A stretch of 64,000 bases of DNA from Pseudomonadota bacterium (GTDB lineage: Bacteria; Pseudomonadota; Alphaproteobacteria; Rhizobiales; JACESI01): positions 4,134 to 68,133 of the forward strand of contig JBCDCU010000001.1 in NCBI GenBank assembly GCA_039181265.1, written 5' to 3'. Under the pieces are notes generated by a model that had not been told where the DNA came from, did no database searches, and was given only the letters and a program-made list of their open reading frames with translations. Shown piece after piece: positions 55,178-64,000 of this stretch. A program made the position numbers and the translations under genes. Numbering within the stretch: position 1 is the first letter of the stretch; each line of letters opens with the position of its first letter.

Positions 55178-56370
55178 CAGACCGCCTCCGCTTTCGACAT
55201 GATGTGAGAAAGGCGCTGGACGACCGCGAGTTCAAGTTCCGCTCCAGGCGCGTTCGCAATCGATGGCAAACTCAAGAGAACGATCCTCAGCGGATCTTCA
55301 GAGGCAAGCATCGCATGGGTCGCCCCATACCGTTCGAAGAGCCAGGCAAGTTCCTCGTCAAGCAGTTCATCTTTTAGATCAGTCCGGTCGCCGGCCCTTA
55401 TGATCCTTTTTGTCTGCAGATGCGTCTTAAGACCCGCGCCGAAGTCAGCAAGATCTGCTTCCTCCAGAATGAGTGCGCCGGAGACCAACGGATGATCCTG
55501 AAGACCGGTCAGAAACTCAATATGAGATTGCGGTGATGAATGCGCGATGTAGGAGAGGAGGGTCGCCCGCTCCCCTTCCCGTTGCAGGGATCGTGCTTCT
55601 GTGAAGACCTGAAGAAGGAGCCCGGTACACAAAATGATCGCCGCCGCTTGAATGGATTGTGGGAGGGTCAGCTCCGCCAGAAAGGAGATCGCACCCACCG
55701 CAACACCGACGCTGACCGCAATGAGAGCAAAGTTCCCAAGAATATGAAATGTGTTGGTGCGAAGCCGATCAACGCTGAGCGACAGCCAACATAGAAACAG
55801 GATCGCGACCCCGGAAAGACGAACAGGTGAATCGATCAGCGCGCTTCTGAAATCGGTGATCGCGAAGGGAATGATGAGAAGGAGCGACCAGGCAAGCCGG
55901 TCGATGATGCGGTTCTCCGCCACAGTAAGATCGGAACGATCCCGGCCAATCACCCAGACCCCGATCAGGATAATCGAACCGATCTGGAAGGCGAGAAGAC
56001 CTTGCCAGAGGGCCGGATCATCAAACAGCGGTGCAAATGGCGCGAAAAGAGTGAAAAACGCCACACCTGCAACGATGCCGATTTTTAAGAGACGATGCGC
56101 ATGGCGCCGCATCAGACCTTCGCAGAGGATGAGCATGGCAAGCGGTATGAGCGCTGCCGCGATCACGTTGATCACGACAAAAAGTGCGTAACCGGTCGTC
56201 CAGAACAACACGCGCGATGCGAGCATGGCGACGAGGATGGAAATCGCAAAACTATAGCGCTGTGCGATCCACGGCATCCGGCTGGAACGCTTGATGCTCA
56301 TGCGAAGGATGAGCAGACCCGCAATCGCTGCAATAGAGACGAAACTGTCCGCAACCAGCGTCGCACCCAT
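55177..56370 (-). CDS. Polytopic membrane protein (about 7-8 TM segments) with a C-terminal soluble domain, uncharacterised
   Basis: Hydrophobicity pattern in 397 aa. Overlaps the downstream gene by 1 nt. Confidence 0.6.
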   Translation of the reverse strand: MGATLVADSFVSIAAIAGLLILRMSIKRSSRMPWIAQRYSFAISILVAMLASRVLFWTTGYALFVVINVIAAALIPLAMLILCEGLMRRHAHRLLKIGIVAGVAFFTLFAPFAPLFDDPALWQGLLAFQIGSIILIGVWVIGRDRSDLTVAENRIIDRLAWSLLLIIPFAITDFRSALIDSPVRLSGVAILFLCWLSLSVDRLRTNTFHILGNFALIAVSVGVAVGAISFLAELTLPQSIQAAAIILCTGLLLQVFTEARSLQREGERATLLSYIAHSSPQSHIEFLTGLQDHPLVSGALILEEADLADFGAGLKTHLQTKRIIRAGDRTDLKDELLDEELAWLFERYGATHAMLASEDPLRIVLLSLPSIANAPGAELELAVVQRLSHIMSKAEAV

Positions 56371-56373
56371 TGC

Positions 56374-57249
56374 TCAGCCCGCCATCATATTTTTCAAAAA
56401 ACGCCGGACGAAAGGGCGTGCGATCGCCGTGATGATTGCATTTTGCGGCCGCTCAACACGTCCCTTATAGGGATTGAAGAACCACCCGCGATAATCGGCA
56501 CCGTGGGGTCTCCCGAGAACTCCGTTGATTGCCTCATAGGCCATCAGCATACCTGTGGTCAGCACCATCGGAGCAAACGACATACGACTGCGCTTTCCGG
56601 CCGCCACCTCTCCGGCGAGATCAAGATCAATGTAATGGCGCGATGAAGAATGAAGGATCACATGCTCGGCTTCGCGCAGGAACGCTTCACTCCGTTTCTC
56701 GTCATCCAGCTGGTTCCACTCGGTTCCGAGCGTCGGATAGTTGAGCCGCTCTTCCGGGGACGGGTCAGCCGGGCTCGTCACGTAGATAGAAGGGAGCGGC
56801 GAAGCATAGGCATCGATCACCGCTTTCTTTAAACTCCGGGCAGTGCGGTAAAGAAGGAGCGACGCCCCGAGATCGTCAGTTCCGTTGACAACGATGGCGC
56901 TCTGATCGATCGCGGCACTGACATGATCAGGCCATTCGGAGCGAAAGACCGTAATCTCGATGTCGGGATTGATCGTGCGACAGATCTCGGCCGTTGCTTC
57001 TGCCTTATGCTTGCCAATCGTCTCGGCGAAAGCAAATGCCTGACGATTGAGATTCGAGATTTCGAATTCGTCGATATCGGCAAGGATCAAATGACCGATT
57101 CCGGCACGCGCGAGCGCAAAAACACTGGCGCCGCCCATACCCCCGGTCCCGCATACGAAAACACAGGAATTGCGAAGAGTTTGCTGTTCGATCTGCGTGA
57201 CAAAACCCAGATTGCGTGTCGTGAATTCTTCATAGGTGAATGCGGTCAT
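56374..57249 (-). CDS. ThiF/HesA/MoeB-family E1-like adenylyltransferase
   Basis: Rossmann/ATP motif VFVCGTGGMGGASVFALARAGIGHLILADIDEFEISNLNRQ. Confidence 0.82.
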   Translation of the reverse strand: MTAFTYEEFTTRNLGFVTQIEQQTLRNSCVFVCGTGGMGGASVFALARAGIGHLILADIDEFEISNLNRQAFAFAETIGKHKAEATAEICRTINPDIEITVFRSEWPDHVSAAIDQSAIVVNGTDDLGASLLLYRTARSLKKAVIDAYASPLPSIYVTSPADPSPEERLNYPTLGTEWNQLDDEKRSEAFLREAEHVILHSSSRHYIDLDLAGEVAAGKRSRMSFAPMVLTTGMLMAYEAINGVLGRPHGADYRGWFFNPYKGRVERPQNAIITAIARPFVRRFLKNMMAG

Positions 57250-58196
57250 GAGGATCGTCCCCGCAGGTCGCCCCAGGATCGGGAGGCGTCAAACCAATAG
57301 ACAACAGGAAGCGCAATGCGCTGCAAGAAAACGAAAGCGCCCGCAAAGAGCAAGGTCAGGAATGAACCGGGCGGGACAGATTTCTGCAAATACGTCCGTG
57401 CCGCATTGAGGTCGATTTCACCAAGCTGCAGCACGTCATCACCACGCTCATAATCAAGGGCGTCATCGCAAAACCGATTGTAGATCTCGTCCCTGTGTTT
57501 CTGGGCTTCATCAAAGCTTTTTTTCAAATCATCTGATCCACCGGTATAGGCATTGGTGATCACGAAACGATCCTCATCAAATCCGGCATCGGAACCAACA
57601 CCGAAAACATGCCGGTGATCGCGCATGATTCGTCTGGCAAGAAGAAGATGCGTGAGACTGAGCCGATTGCGGTCCTCCGGCACCGGATAAACATTCGAAA
57701 ATGTTTCTGACACCATTCCAACAACAGCGGGCACCTGAGTGACATTGGATATCCAGACGGGACGGAAACCGTTACGCACAAAGATCAGGATGCAGGTTAA
57801 ACCATAAAGAACCCAGGAAAGCCCACGCGAGCGGACATTCGGATCGACCATAACCAATCCGAGGTGAAGCACGGTTTTCGGTTCCTGTCCGTACTCAACC
57901 TTCATGACAGCAAGAGCATTGAACGCGACCGGCTGACCGGTTTCGCGATCATGAACAAGTGTGATGACGGTGCGCTCCAGCGCCTCCTTATCTTCGGAAA
58001 AGACGCCATAGGTTAAAGCGCCCCGTGCGATCGTTTTCGACGCGACATCAATGAGATCTTGCCGAAGGGCCGCAAGATCCGCTTTATCCATCCAGAGGGC
58101 TGGCCGCTCAAGAATCCGCGTTTCAAACCCGTCAGAGGTATTGAAGCGGAGATCCATATGATCTTTGGATAAGGATTGTCTCAGCGCAGCAAACAT
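57246..58196 (-). CDS. Uncharacterised protein with a GNAT-like core and a C-terminal hydrophobic segment
   Basis: VLHLGLVMVDPNVRSRGLSWVLYG resembles GNAT motif A. Overlaps the ThiF-like gene by 4 nt. Confidence 0.5.
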   Translation of the reverse strand: MFAALRQSLSKDHMDLRFNTSDGFETRILERPALWMDKADLAALRQDLIDVASKTIARGALTYGVFSEDKEALERTVITLVHDRETGQPVAFNALAVMKVEYGQEPKTVLHLGLVMVDPNVRSRGLSWVLYGLTCILIFVRNGFRPVWISNVTQVPAVVGMVSETFSNVYPVPEDRNRLSLTHLLLARRIMRDHRHVFGVGSDAGFDEDRFVITNAYTGGSDDLKKSFDEAQKHRDEIYNRFCDDALDYERGDDVLQLGEIDLNAARTYLQKSVPPGSFLTLLFAGAFVFLQRIALPVVYWFDASRSWGDLRGRSS

Positions 58197-58336
58197 TTGT
58201 CTGGTTTAAAAGAGTTTTGTTGCGGATCGGTAAAATCGACCTTGCCGGATTACCGGCAAACGCAGCCCGGTCCTAATCAACATATTGCAGACCAAACACA
58301 GGCGCCGATACTCTCTAGTGGACGGCAATAGAAGCA

Positions 58337-58711
58337 ATGGAGGTCAGAGTGGAAAAAGTGACAGGCATTGGTGGCGTTTTCTTCAGATCGGAAAATCCTG
58401 AAGCGCTCGCCAAATGGTACGAAGAAGCGCTCGGTGTCGACATCCAAGGAACGATCTGGATGCAGTCGGCTGGTCCGACGGTCTTCATGCCTTTTGCCAA
58501 AGATACCGAATACTTTGATCGGCCGGAACAGCAATGGATGATCAATTTCCGCGTGGCAGACCTCGATGCCATGATCGCTCAGTTAGAGGCACGCGGCATC
58601 GACGTCATTACCAATCCGGAATGGGATTCAGTCGCCGGTAGATTTGCGCGGATCCATGACCCCGAGGGCAATCCAATTGAGTTATGGGAACCGGCGCAAC
58701 AAGCTCCCTGA
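58337..58711 (+). CDS. VOC (glyoxalase/bleomycin-resistance/dioxygenase) family protein
   Basis: 124 aa; VTGIGGVFFRSENPEALAKWYEEALGV ... DPEGNPIELWE. Confidence 0.8.
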   Translation: MEVRVEKVTGIGGVFFRSENPEALAKWYEEALGVDIQGTIWMQSAGPTVFMPFAKDTEYFDRPEQQWMINFRVADLDAMIAQLEARGIDVITNPEWDSVAGRFARIHDPEGNPIELWEPAQQAP

Positions 58712-58764
58712 CAGAAAAGAAAAAGAAGGCTGCGAGTACACAGCCTTCTCAGGTATTCAGAATA

Positions 58765-60165
58765 TCAAACGGCCTTCCGTAAGGCCTCGTCGGCGCGGAT
58801 GCGAATATCTTCAAATGCCTGATGCGACAGGAGATCCCCGTTTCTGAAAACAGGTTGGAGGAGATCTTCCTCGTCTGATACCTCATCAAGCCGTTTTGCC
58901 TTCAACGTCCCGTTGACTGCAACAACAGCCTGACGTCCCGCTTTCGATGCCTTTGCCGGGTCCGTCGCGGGCCGCTTCGCAACATCCTGCCAGGTTCCGT
59001 CCGCAATCTTCATCGCATTCGCCTTCATCGCAAATCGCAATGTGTCGCGATTGACGTGCTGGAGCAGTCCGCCACCCATGCCGAACGCAATATTGTCGAT
59101 GGACCATCCTTCATCCACCAACTGCGTCACGAGTTTCTCAATCGTCTCGACGGTCATGCCGTCACCTTGAATGACGCGCACGGCATCATTGAGCACCCGA
59201 TATCCTTTCGCGTTCTCACGCCCGCCATAGTGGTTCCAAAGCTTTTCAATAACCCTGATCGGTGTTGTAACCGGGTCTCCGGAATCGGGTCGAACCACCA
59301 GAGTTCCGCCTTTTGCCAGAACCCGTTCGCGAAGTTTTCCGCCCCACAATTGGTCGACTGCATGGTCGAGATCATAGCTGTCGGAAACCACCGCAACGAG
59401 GCTCCCTTCACCGCCAAACTCATCGATCATGTTGGTATAAGCATCCGCCTCGCGGGACGCCCCCCAACTGGTCATCGTTGAATGCTCTGCCGCGGGGATA
59501 GAAAAGCCTGGCATGTCAGCATCGTAAAAGTCGATTGCCGCGTTAAGCGCCTCCATTGTGTCAGTGCCTGCAAAATTGACCAGATGCGCCATGCCACCAA
59601 GTGCGGCACTTTCAGCCGATGAAACGCCCCGCGCACCGAAATCATGAAGCTTGAATTGTATCTGACCATCCGGATCTTCACTGGTTTGAACTAGCCCTTT
59701 GTAGATCACCTCTTTGCAACGAAGAGACAGCGTCGCGACTGTCGATGGATACCAGACCGCGCGAAGCAGTGCCGTCTCGATAAAAGTCGAGAGCCAGGGT
59801 AATCGCTCATCGGTGTTCTCCACCTGGACAAGCGGCACACCGTTTGGAACAAGCATTCCCTCAGGAAGGGCTTTTATCTCGAGTGGCAATAGACCGGAAT
59901 GCTCGCTGAGAATGATCTGCCAGCCCTCGTCGTTGAACGGCACACCATGACGGCGGCAAAGCTCCCTCGCCTCATCTATATTTTCGAGGGTGATCGGTTG
60001 ACTGAGCGATGCTTTCCAAAAGGCCTGCAGGCCGAAGAAGAGGACGCCGTTCGAAAAGTCGTTCTCCCGCGCCTCGATATACGCTGAAATGCGCGTCGCT
60101 TCTGGCGGATATTGCCGGAAATGGGATTGCTTATAGCTATCCGTTGCAAGAATCGGATTTGTCAT
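58765..60165 (-). CDS. nadV: Nicotinamide phosphoribosyltransferase
   Basis: NPILATDSYKQSHFRQYP N-terminus, 466 aa. Confidence 0.88.
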   Translation of the reverse strand: MTNPILATDSYKQSHFRQYPPEATRISAYIEARENDFSNGVLFFGLQAFWKASLSQPITLENIDEARELCRRHGVPFNDEGWQIILSEHSGLLPLEIKALPEGMLVPNGVPLVQVENTDERLPWLSTFIETALLRAVWYPSTVATLSLRCKEVIYKGLVQTSEDPDGQIQFKLHDFGARGVSSAESAALGGMAHLVNFAGTDTMEALNAAIDFYDADMPGFSIPAAEHSTMTSWGASREADAYTNMIDEFGGEGSLVAVVSDSYDLDHAVDQLWGGKLRERVLAKGGTLVVRPDSGDPVTTPIRVIEKLWNHYGGRENAKGYRVLNDAVRVIQGDGMTVETIEKLVTQLVDEGWSIDNIAFGMGGGLLQHVNRDTLRFAMKANAMKIADGTWQDVAKRPATDPAKASKAGRQAVVAVNGTLKAKRLDEVSDEEDLLQPVFRNGDLLSHQAFEDIRIRADEALRKAV

Positions 60166-60222
60166 TGTGAACTCCTCACGTGACGGTTGGTTTTTGACCG
60201 CAGGGCTCCCCTGCGATCGACT

Positions 60223-61287
60223 TCAAAGGTCAGCCATCACATGAATGATTGACCAATGATCTTCAAAAAACTGTTCGGGTCTCAAATCCCCGAGGCGGTA
60301 CCAATGGGCAGTCTTAGCGTCGTCGCCTCCCTTCACAGAAAACAGCTTTCTTCGCTCAGGAAGGCGAAAGAGGTAAGCGTGTGTGATGATCCGTCCACGC
60401 AAAGACCGGTTCGGCTGATCGAAAACCCGGGTTCTCGTATCGTCGATAAAGGAGGCCAGCATAGCTGGAGGGATCTCGCCCTTATGGTCGCTGATCGCCG
60501 TCTCTTCTTTGAGTTCTCGGACCGCCGCATCCCTTATTGTTTCACCAGGATCGAGAAACCCTCCCGGAAGGGCCAACAGCCCCTTGCCGGGCAAATTTCC
60601 CCGCTCAACGAGGAGAATATGGCCAGACTGAATGACAACGGCATCTGCCGTTACAAACGGGCCGCGGCCCCATTCCTGCGGATAGGCACGAAGATATTCG
60701 GCTTCCTCAAGCAGCCCCCGGAACGCATTCGTCATTTTGAAGGCATCAAGCCATTCGCAGACACCTTCTGACAGAACCGAATTCGAAATGACCGGGATGC
60801 GCTGAAAGTATGTCTCACGGATATCGGTCGAAGAGAACGTCCCGTGCTGGCTGCCGATCTGGATATTGTCCCACTCCGGAAAGAGCTTCAGATAATAGCT
60901 GGACTTGTCCTTGCCATAGCCGGTCAACGCGGTTCTGACATCTTTCAGGCCATGAAGGACAACACCGGAATTGTTGTGCAGATCGAGGATGGTCGCATTA
61001 ACGCATCTTTGAACCTCAGCACACCAGGCCGTATCGGAATAGGGATGATCGGCAATCGGACGAAGAATAATACGGCCGGTTGCGATCTCATGCTTGAAGA
61101 CTTTGTTGAAGATCTCGACCCGCTCTTCAAAAGTGAACGGATTGCGGGGATCAGGCGCACAATGGGCTGATCCAACGAGAATAATCAGCTTCTCCACTTG
61201 CTCAAGCGCAGAGCGGATTACGGCTTCATGCCCGATATGAAGGGGTTGGAAACGGCCAACGAAAACGCCGTAGTGATAGTCTGACAT
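60223..61287 (-). CDS. nadM: Bifunctional NMN adenylyltransferase / Nudix hydrolase
   Basis: GVFVGRFQPLHIGHEAVI nucleotidyltransferase motif, and the Nudix box GGFLDPGETIRDAAVRELKEET. ATG 61287 is preceded by GGAG. Confidence 0.87.
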   Translation of the reverse strand: MSDYHYGVFVGRFQPLHIGHEAVIRSALEQVEKLIILVGSAHCAPDPRNPFTFEERVEIFNKVFKHEIATGRIILRPIADHPYSDTAWCAEVQRCVNATILDLHNNSGVVLHGLKDVRTALTGYGKDKSSYYLKLFPEWDNIQIGSQHGTFSSTDIRETYFQRIPVISNSVLSEGVCEWLDAFKMTNAFRGLLEEAEYLRAYPQEWGRGPFVTADAVVIQSGHILLVERGNLPGKGLLALPGGFLDPGETIRDAAVRELKEETAISDHKGEIPPAMLASFIDDTRTRVFDQPNRSLRGRIITHAYLFRLPERRKLFSVKGGDDAKTAHWYRLGDLRPEQFFEDHWSIIHVMADL

Positions 61288-61460
61288 TCGATACTCCATC
61301 GAAATTCTGTGGTGCACCGAACTCCTCGGTGCAAGCTTAAGGTAAGCGTTCAGGCAGGCCTTGCACAAGGCGTTTTCACCGATACCAGCGAAACTTGGTT
61401 AAGGCATTGTATCTCTTTCGAACACAAGCATACGCTAAGGCAATCACCCGCTGCTGCGCG

Positions 61461-62309
61461 TTAATTGAGGACATTCATAAGCGCCTGAATTTTCGGAGAC
61501 CGGACGCCGCGTCGCCAGATCAGGTAAGTTCTGAGCTTATTCTGGCCCTCGGGTAACGGATGCGCACTGACCTTGTCGCGTTCCGGGAAGGCGGCAAGCA
61601 CGCTCTCCGGCATAAGGGCGATACCCATTCCAGCAACAACCGATCCGAACATCGCATGGTAGGAACCAAGTTCGATTGTTTTAGAAGGGATATCGTCGCG
61701 CGCCTGATACCAGGCTTCCAACTGACGGCGGTGCGGACAACCGTTTTCGAAAACGATAATCGTATCCGGGCTCGGTGATTGATCGTCAATTCGCGGGTAA
61801 TCGCGTGGAGCGATCAGGACAAGACTTTCTTCAAAAGCAAGTGCACTGTCGAAGCGTGCTTCAGCGATAGGTTCCGCGATCAAGGCCGCTTCCAATTCAC
61901 CCGCCATGACAGCCGTTGAGAGTTGCCGGGGGTTCCCGGTCCGAAGTTTTAAATCCACTTCGGGATAACGTTGGTAAAACCGCGTGAGCGGACTTGGGAG
62001 TCGAACGGCAGCCGTACTTTCCATAGCGCCGAGACTGAATTCGCCACGCGGTACATCGTCACGTAACGCTGCTTTCGCTTCCGCGGCAAGTGCCAACAGA
62101 CGCTCGGCATAACCCAACAGGACGCGCCCATCCGGCGAAATCAGCATTTTCTTACCTTCACGCAAAAACAGGTCTACACCGAGTTCCTGCTCAAGCTGTT
62201 TAATGCGCGCGGTAATGCTCGATTGCACCCTTCCGAGCTTTTCGGACGCACGGGTAATCCCGCCTTCCGATACAACAGCGCGAAACACTTCAAGGTCACG
62301 TAAATCCAT
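61461..62309 (-). CDS. LysR family transcriptional regulator
   Basis: N-terminal HTH MDLRDLEVFRAVVSEGGITRASEKLGRVQSSITARIKQLE. Confidence 0.9.
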   Translation of the reverse strand: MDLRDLEVFRAVVSEGGITRASEKLGRVQSSITARIKQLEQELGVDLFLREGKKMLISPDGRVLLGYAERLLALAAEAKAALRDDVPRGEFSLGAMESTAAVRLPSPLTRFYQRYPEVDLKLRTGNPRQLSTAVMAGELEAALIAEPIAEARFDSALAFEESLVLIAPRDYPRIDDQSPSPDTIIVFENGCPHRRQLEAWYQARDDIPSKTIELGSYHAMFGSVVAGMGIALMPESVLAAFPERDKVSAHPLPEGQNKLRTYLIWRRGVRSPKIQALMNVLN

Positions 62310-62422
62310 ATTCGAAAAATCCGAACATTTTGATCTCTATTATTCATTTTACGAGAAAAACCCCGTGCCGTAAACCATCGCATCAGGGCCGCGACCTGCG
62401 GCCTGCCAAACGCGAAAGGAGA

Positions 62423-62623
62423 ATGGATATGTTCGGACAACGATTAAAACGGATGTATTTCGGTGGCCGGAATTCAACCGTGTCACGGCAGCGCTCGGGA
62501 AGAAAGCGGGCAATGCAACGGGCGCTGCTCGGGCTAGACGATCACTTATTGCGGGATATCGGCATCACCCGATCAGAAATCACTTCTGAGAGGGCCAGCC
62601 AATTTCTTGATAATGACGAATAA
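62423..62623 (+). CDS. DUF1127 domain small protein
   Basis: LLGLDDHLLRDIGITRSEI motif. ATG 62423 is preceded by AAGGAG. Confidence 0.75.
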   Translation: MDMFGQRLKRMYFGGRNSTVSRQRSGRKRAMQRALLGLDDHLLRDIGITRSEITSERASQFLDNDE

Positions 62624-62635
62624 GGAGCAGGGGCA

Positions 62636-63073
62636 GTGATTGACCTTCCCACAGACACAATCGCAACCCTGCGAGAGAGTTGGCTTATGATCGAACCACA
62701 CGGTATAGACGTGGCTTCGATCTTTTATCAGCGCCTGTTCGATACCGACCCGTCGTTGAAGGCTCTCTTCGCGAGTACGGACATGGCAATGCAGAACGAA
62801 AAGCTGATTGGTGCCATTGCCGCCGTAATGGACGCTTTAGATGATCTCTCTGCTGTCGTCCCGGTACTTGAAAAACTAGGGCGCCATCACGCTGAATTTG
62901 GAGTGACACGGGTTCACTACGACCTGGTCGGATCAGCACTGATTTGGACTTTCGCCGGGGTCCTAAAGCACGCGTTCACGTCAAAAGTTAGAAGCGCTTG
63001 GACCCTTGCATATGGTCTCGTCGCGGGAGTCATGGCGAATGCCGGAGAACCGGTAGAAAGGTCGGTTGCCTGA
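62636..63073 (+). CDS. Single-domain globin-like protein
   Basis: LRESWLMIEPHGIDVASIFYQRLFDTDPSLKALF...LGRHHAEFGV..HYDLVGSALIWTF matches the globin fold pattern. GTG start with AAGGAG 8 nt upstream. Confidence 0.7.
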   Translation: MIDLPTDTIATLRESWLMIEPHGIDVASIFYQRLFDTDPSLKALFASTDMAMQNEKLIGAIAAVMDALDDLSAVVPVLEKLGRHHAEFGVTRVHYDLVGSALIWTFAGVLKHAFTSKVRSAWTLAYGLVAGVMANAGEPVERSVA

Positions 63074-63118
63074 ATTGGAACCTATGAATGCGAACACCAA
63101 CGGTACCGGAAGGGGAAG

Positions 63119-63619
63119 TTAGTCCTTCCGGCTGCCACCTGAAAACTGATCATAAACGCTCGGATCGAACGTCAATCCACCTTTCCCGGGTCCATTGTCT
63201 GGATCAAGCACCGCTTCGGATTCGGCTTCAAGACCTGCATGAAAGTTCAGTTCAATCAGGATGCCGTTCGGGTCGTAGACGAAGATCTGCCAAAGCGCCA
63301 TGTCCGGTACTGCGCGCTCCCTGAACGCTAGTCCAAAATGCGACAAACGTTCCTTCATGGTTTGAAAGCCCGCAGCCCCAAGAGCGATGTGATCCACTGC
63401 GCCGGTTCCGTTCAGACCATTCGGATCTTCATCGATACTGATGAAGTGGAAGATCGCTTCCTGACTCGAGGTCCTGGGGCGCATCCAGAAACCCGGAAAC
63501 TTGAAGGGCGGCCGAGGAGCATCCTCAAATCCGAGAACGTCACGATAAAACCCCGCAGTTTCCACAGGCCGCGCGGTCTTCACTGCAATATGTGCGAGAC
63601 CGGAGATACTGATCGTCAT
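63119..63619 (-). CDS. VOC/glyoxalase family protein
   Basis: LAHIAVKTARPVETAGFYRDVLGF ... YDPNGILIELN. Confidence 0.78.
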   Translation of the reverse strand: MTISISGLAHIAVKTARPVETAGFYRDVLGFEDAPRPPFKFPGFWMRPRTSSQEAIFHFISIDEDPNGLNGTGAVDHIALGAAGFQTMKERLSHFGLAFRERAVPDMALWQIFVYDPNGILIELNFHAGLEAESEAVLDPDNGPGKGGLTFDPSVYDQFSGGSRKD

Positions 63620-63631
63620 GGAAAATCCTCC

Positions 63632-64000
63632 TCATGCCGCAAGGCGACGCCGCATAATTGAGCTTTCAAGTAATTCCTCCGTCAGGAATTCAACAAAGAT
63701 ATCCGCTGCACGATTGCGCCGTTTTGGAGAAAAGGCATGAAGTTCCATCGAAGGCAAAGCATCGAACCCTGCGGGCGGATCAAGCCGTTCGAGATCGTCA
63801 GGAACCGCGCTTACCGGAAGAACGGAAACGCCAAGTCCAGCTCGGAGTCCCTCATGAACACCCGAAATACTCTCAGATTGCAGACTGACGGTCCAAGGTC
63901 GGTTCTGACGCTCAAGAGCATCGATAGCCGCCCGGCGAAAACGGCACGGCAGCGGGAGTGTCACCAAAGAGATAGTGCCTCCATCTGAGAGACCGTCACC
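63632..64000 (-). CDS. LysR-family regulator, C-terminal substrate-binding part (gene runs off the window end)
   Basis: GLGVSVLPVSAVPDDLERL ... FVEFLTEEL is typical of a LysR C-terminus. The frame is open to the window edge. Confidence 0.7.
   Translation of the reverse strand, partial: GDGLSDGGTISLVTLPLPCRFRRAAIDALERQNRPWTVSLQSESISGVHEGLRAGLGVSVLPVSAVPDDLERLDPPAGFDALPSMELHAFSPKRRNRAADIFVEFLTEELLESSIMRRRLAA

Noticed and set aside
58206-58283. 25-aa minus-strand ORF (MLIRTGLRLPVIRQGRFYRSATKLF) upstream of the five-gene operon, as a possible precursor peptide for the ThiF-like enzyme
   Set aside because: It has no ribosome-binding site, no terminal Asn or other recognisable core motif, and no way to assess conservation. 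It overlaps the hairpin TTGCCGG-ATTA-CCGGCAA (58241-58258) and is too speculative.
1-64000. CRISPR arrays, IS elements or transposases, rRNA genes, toxin-antitoxin or known phage-defence gene sets
   Set aside because: No regularly spaced repeats, no transposase-like ORFs with terminal inverted repeats, no rRNA-like sequence and no nuclease/helicase/methylase ORFs were seen in the six-frame track.

Overview
The window looks alphaproteobacterial, judged from the Rhodobacter-like hup gene order, a DUF1127 gene and the overall gene content, and it falls into three blocks. (1) About 1-30.2 kb is an accessory region. It opens with a mobility module (P4-type tyrosine integrase, AlpA-like HTH, wHTH protein) and ends at tRNA-Arg(CCT). 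Its cargo is an iron-acquisition set: three paralogous ECF-sigma / FecR-like anti-sigma / STN-domain TonB-dependent transducer cassettes, two of which continue into a small-membrane / PepSY-TM / small-membrane module; a fourth TonB-dependent receptor with its own PepSY-TM module; and an exbB-exbD-exbD-tonB operon. No siderophore biosynthesis genes or inner-membrane ABC importer are visible. (2) 30.3-45.9 kb is a complete uptake [NiFe]-hydrogenase cluster on the minus strand, in the order hypF-hupSL-(74-aa ORF)-hupC / hupDFGHJK-hypAB-hupR-hypCDE. (3) 46-64 kb holds mixed genes: an LplT-PlsC-Aas triple fusion with YiaAB-like and PspA-like genes under a divergent TetR; a di-haem cytochrome; a tightly coupled five-gene operon of unknown function (GNAT-like, ThiF-like, polytopic membrane protein, GNAT, Acg-type nitroreductase); nadV-nadM; and LysR/DUF1127/globin. 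The most notable direct observation is a box I cannot match to any known operator, TGGCTGGCT-N8/9-TGGCTGGCT. It sits in the same gene-relative orientation upstream of all three sigma operons and the exbB-tonB operon, with a split variant upstream of the fourth receptor. Other leads are conserved candidate ECF-target promoters, candidate 20-bp island-end repeats, a His-rich HupE-N-terminus-like mini-ORF between hupL and hupC, and twin TetR-type palindromes. All family assignments come from reading the translated ORFs; no database search was run.
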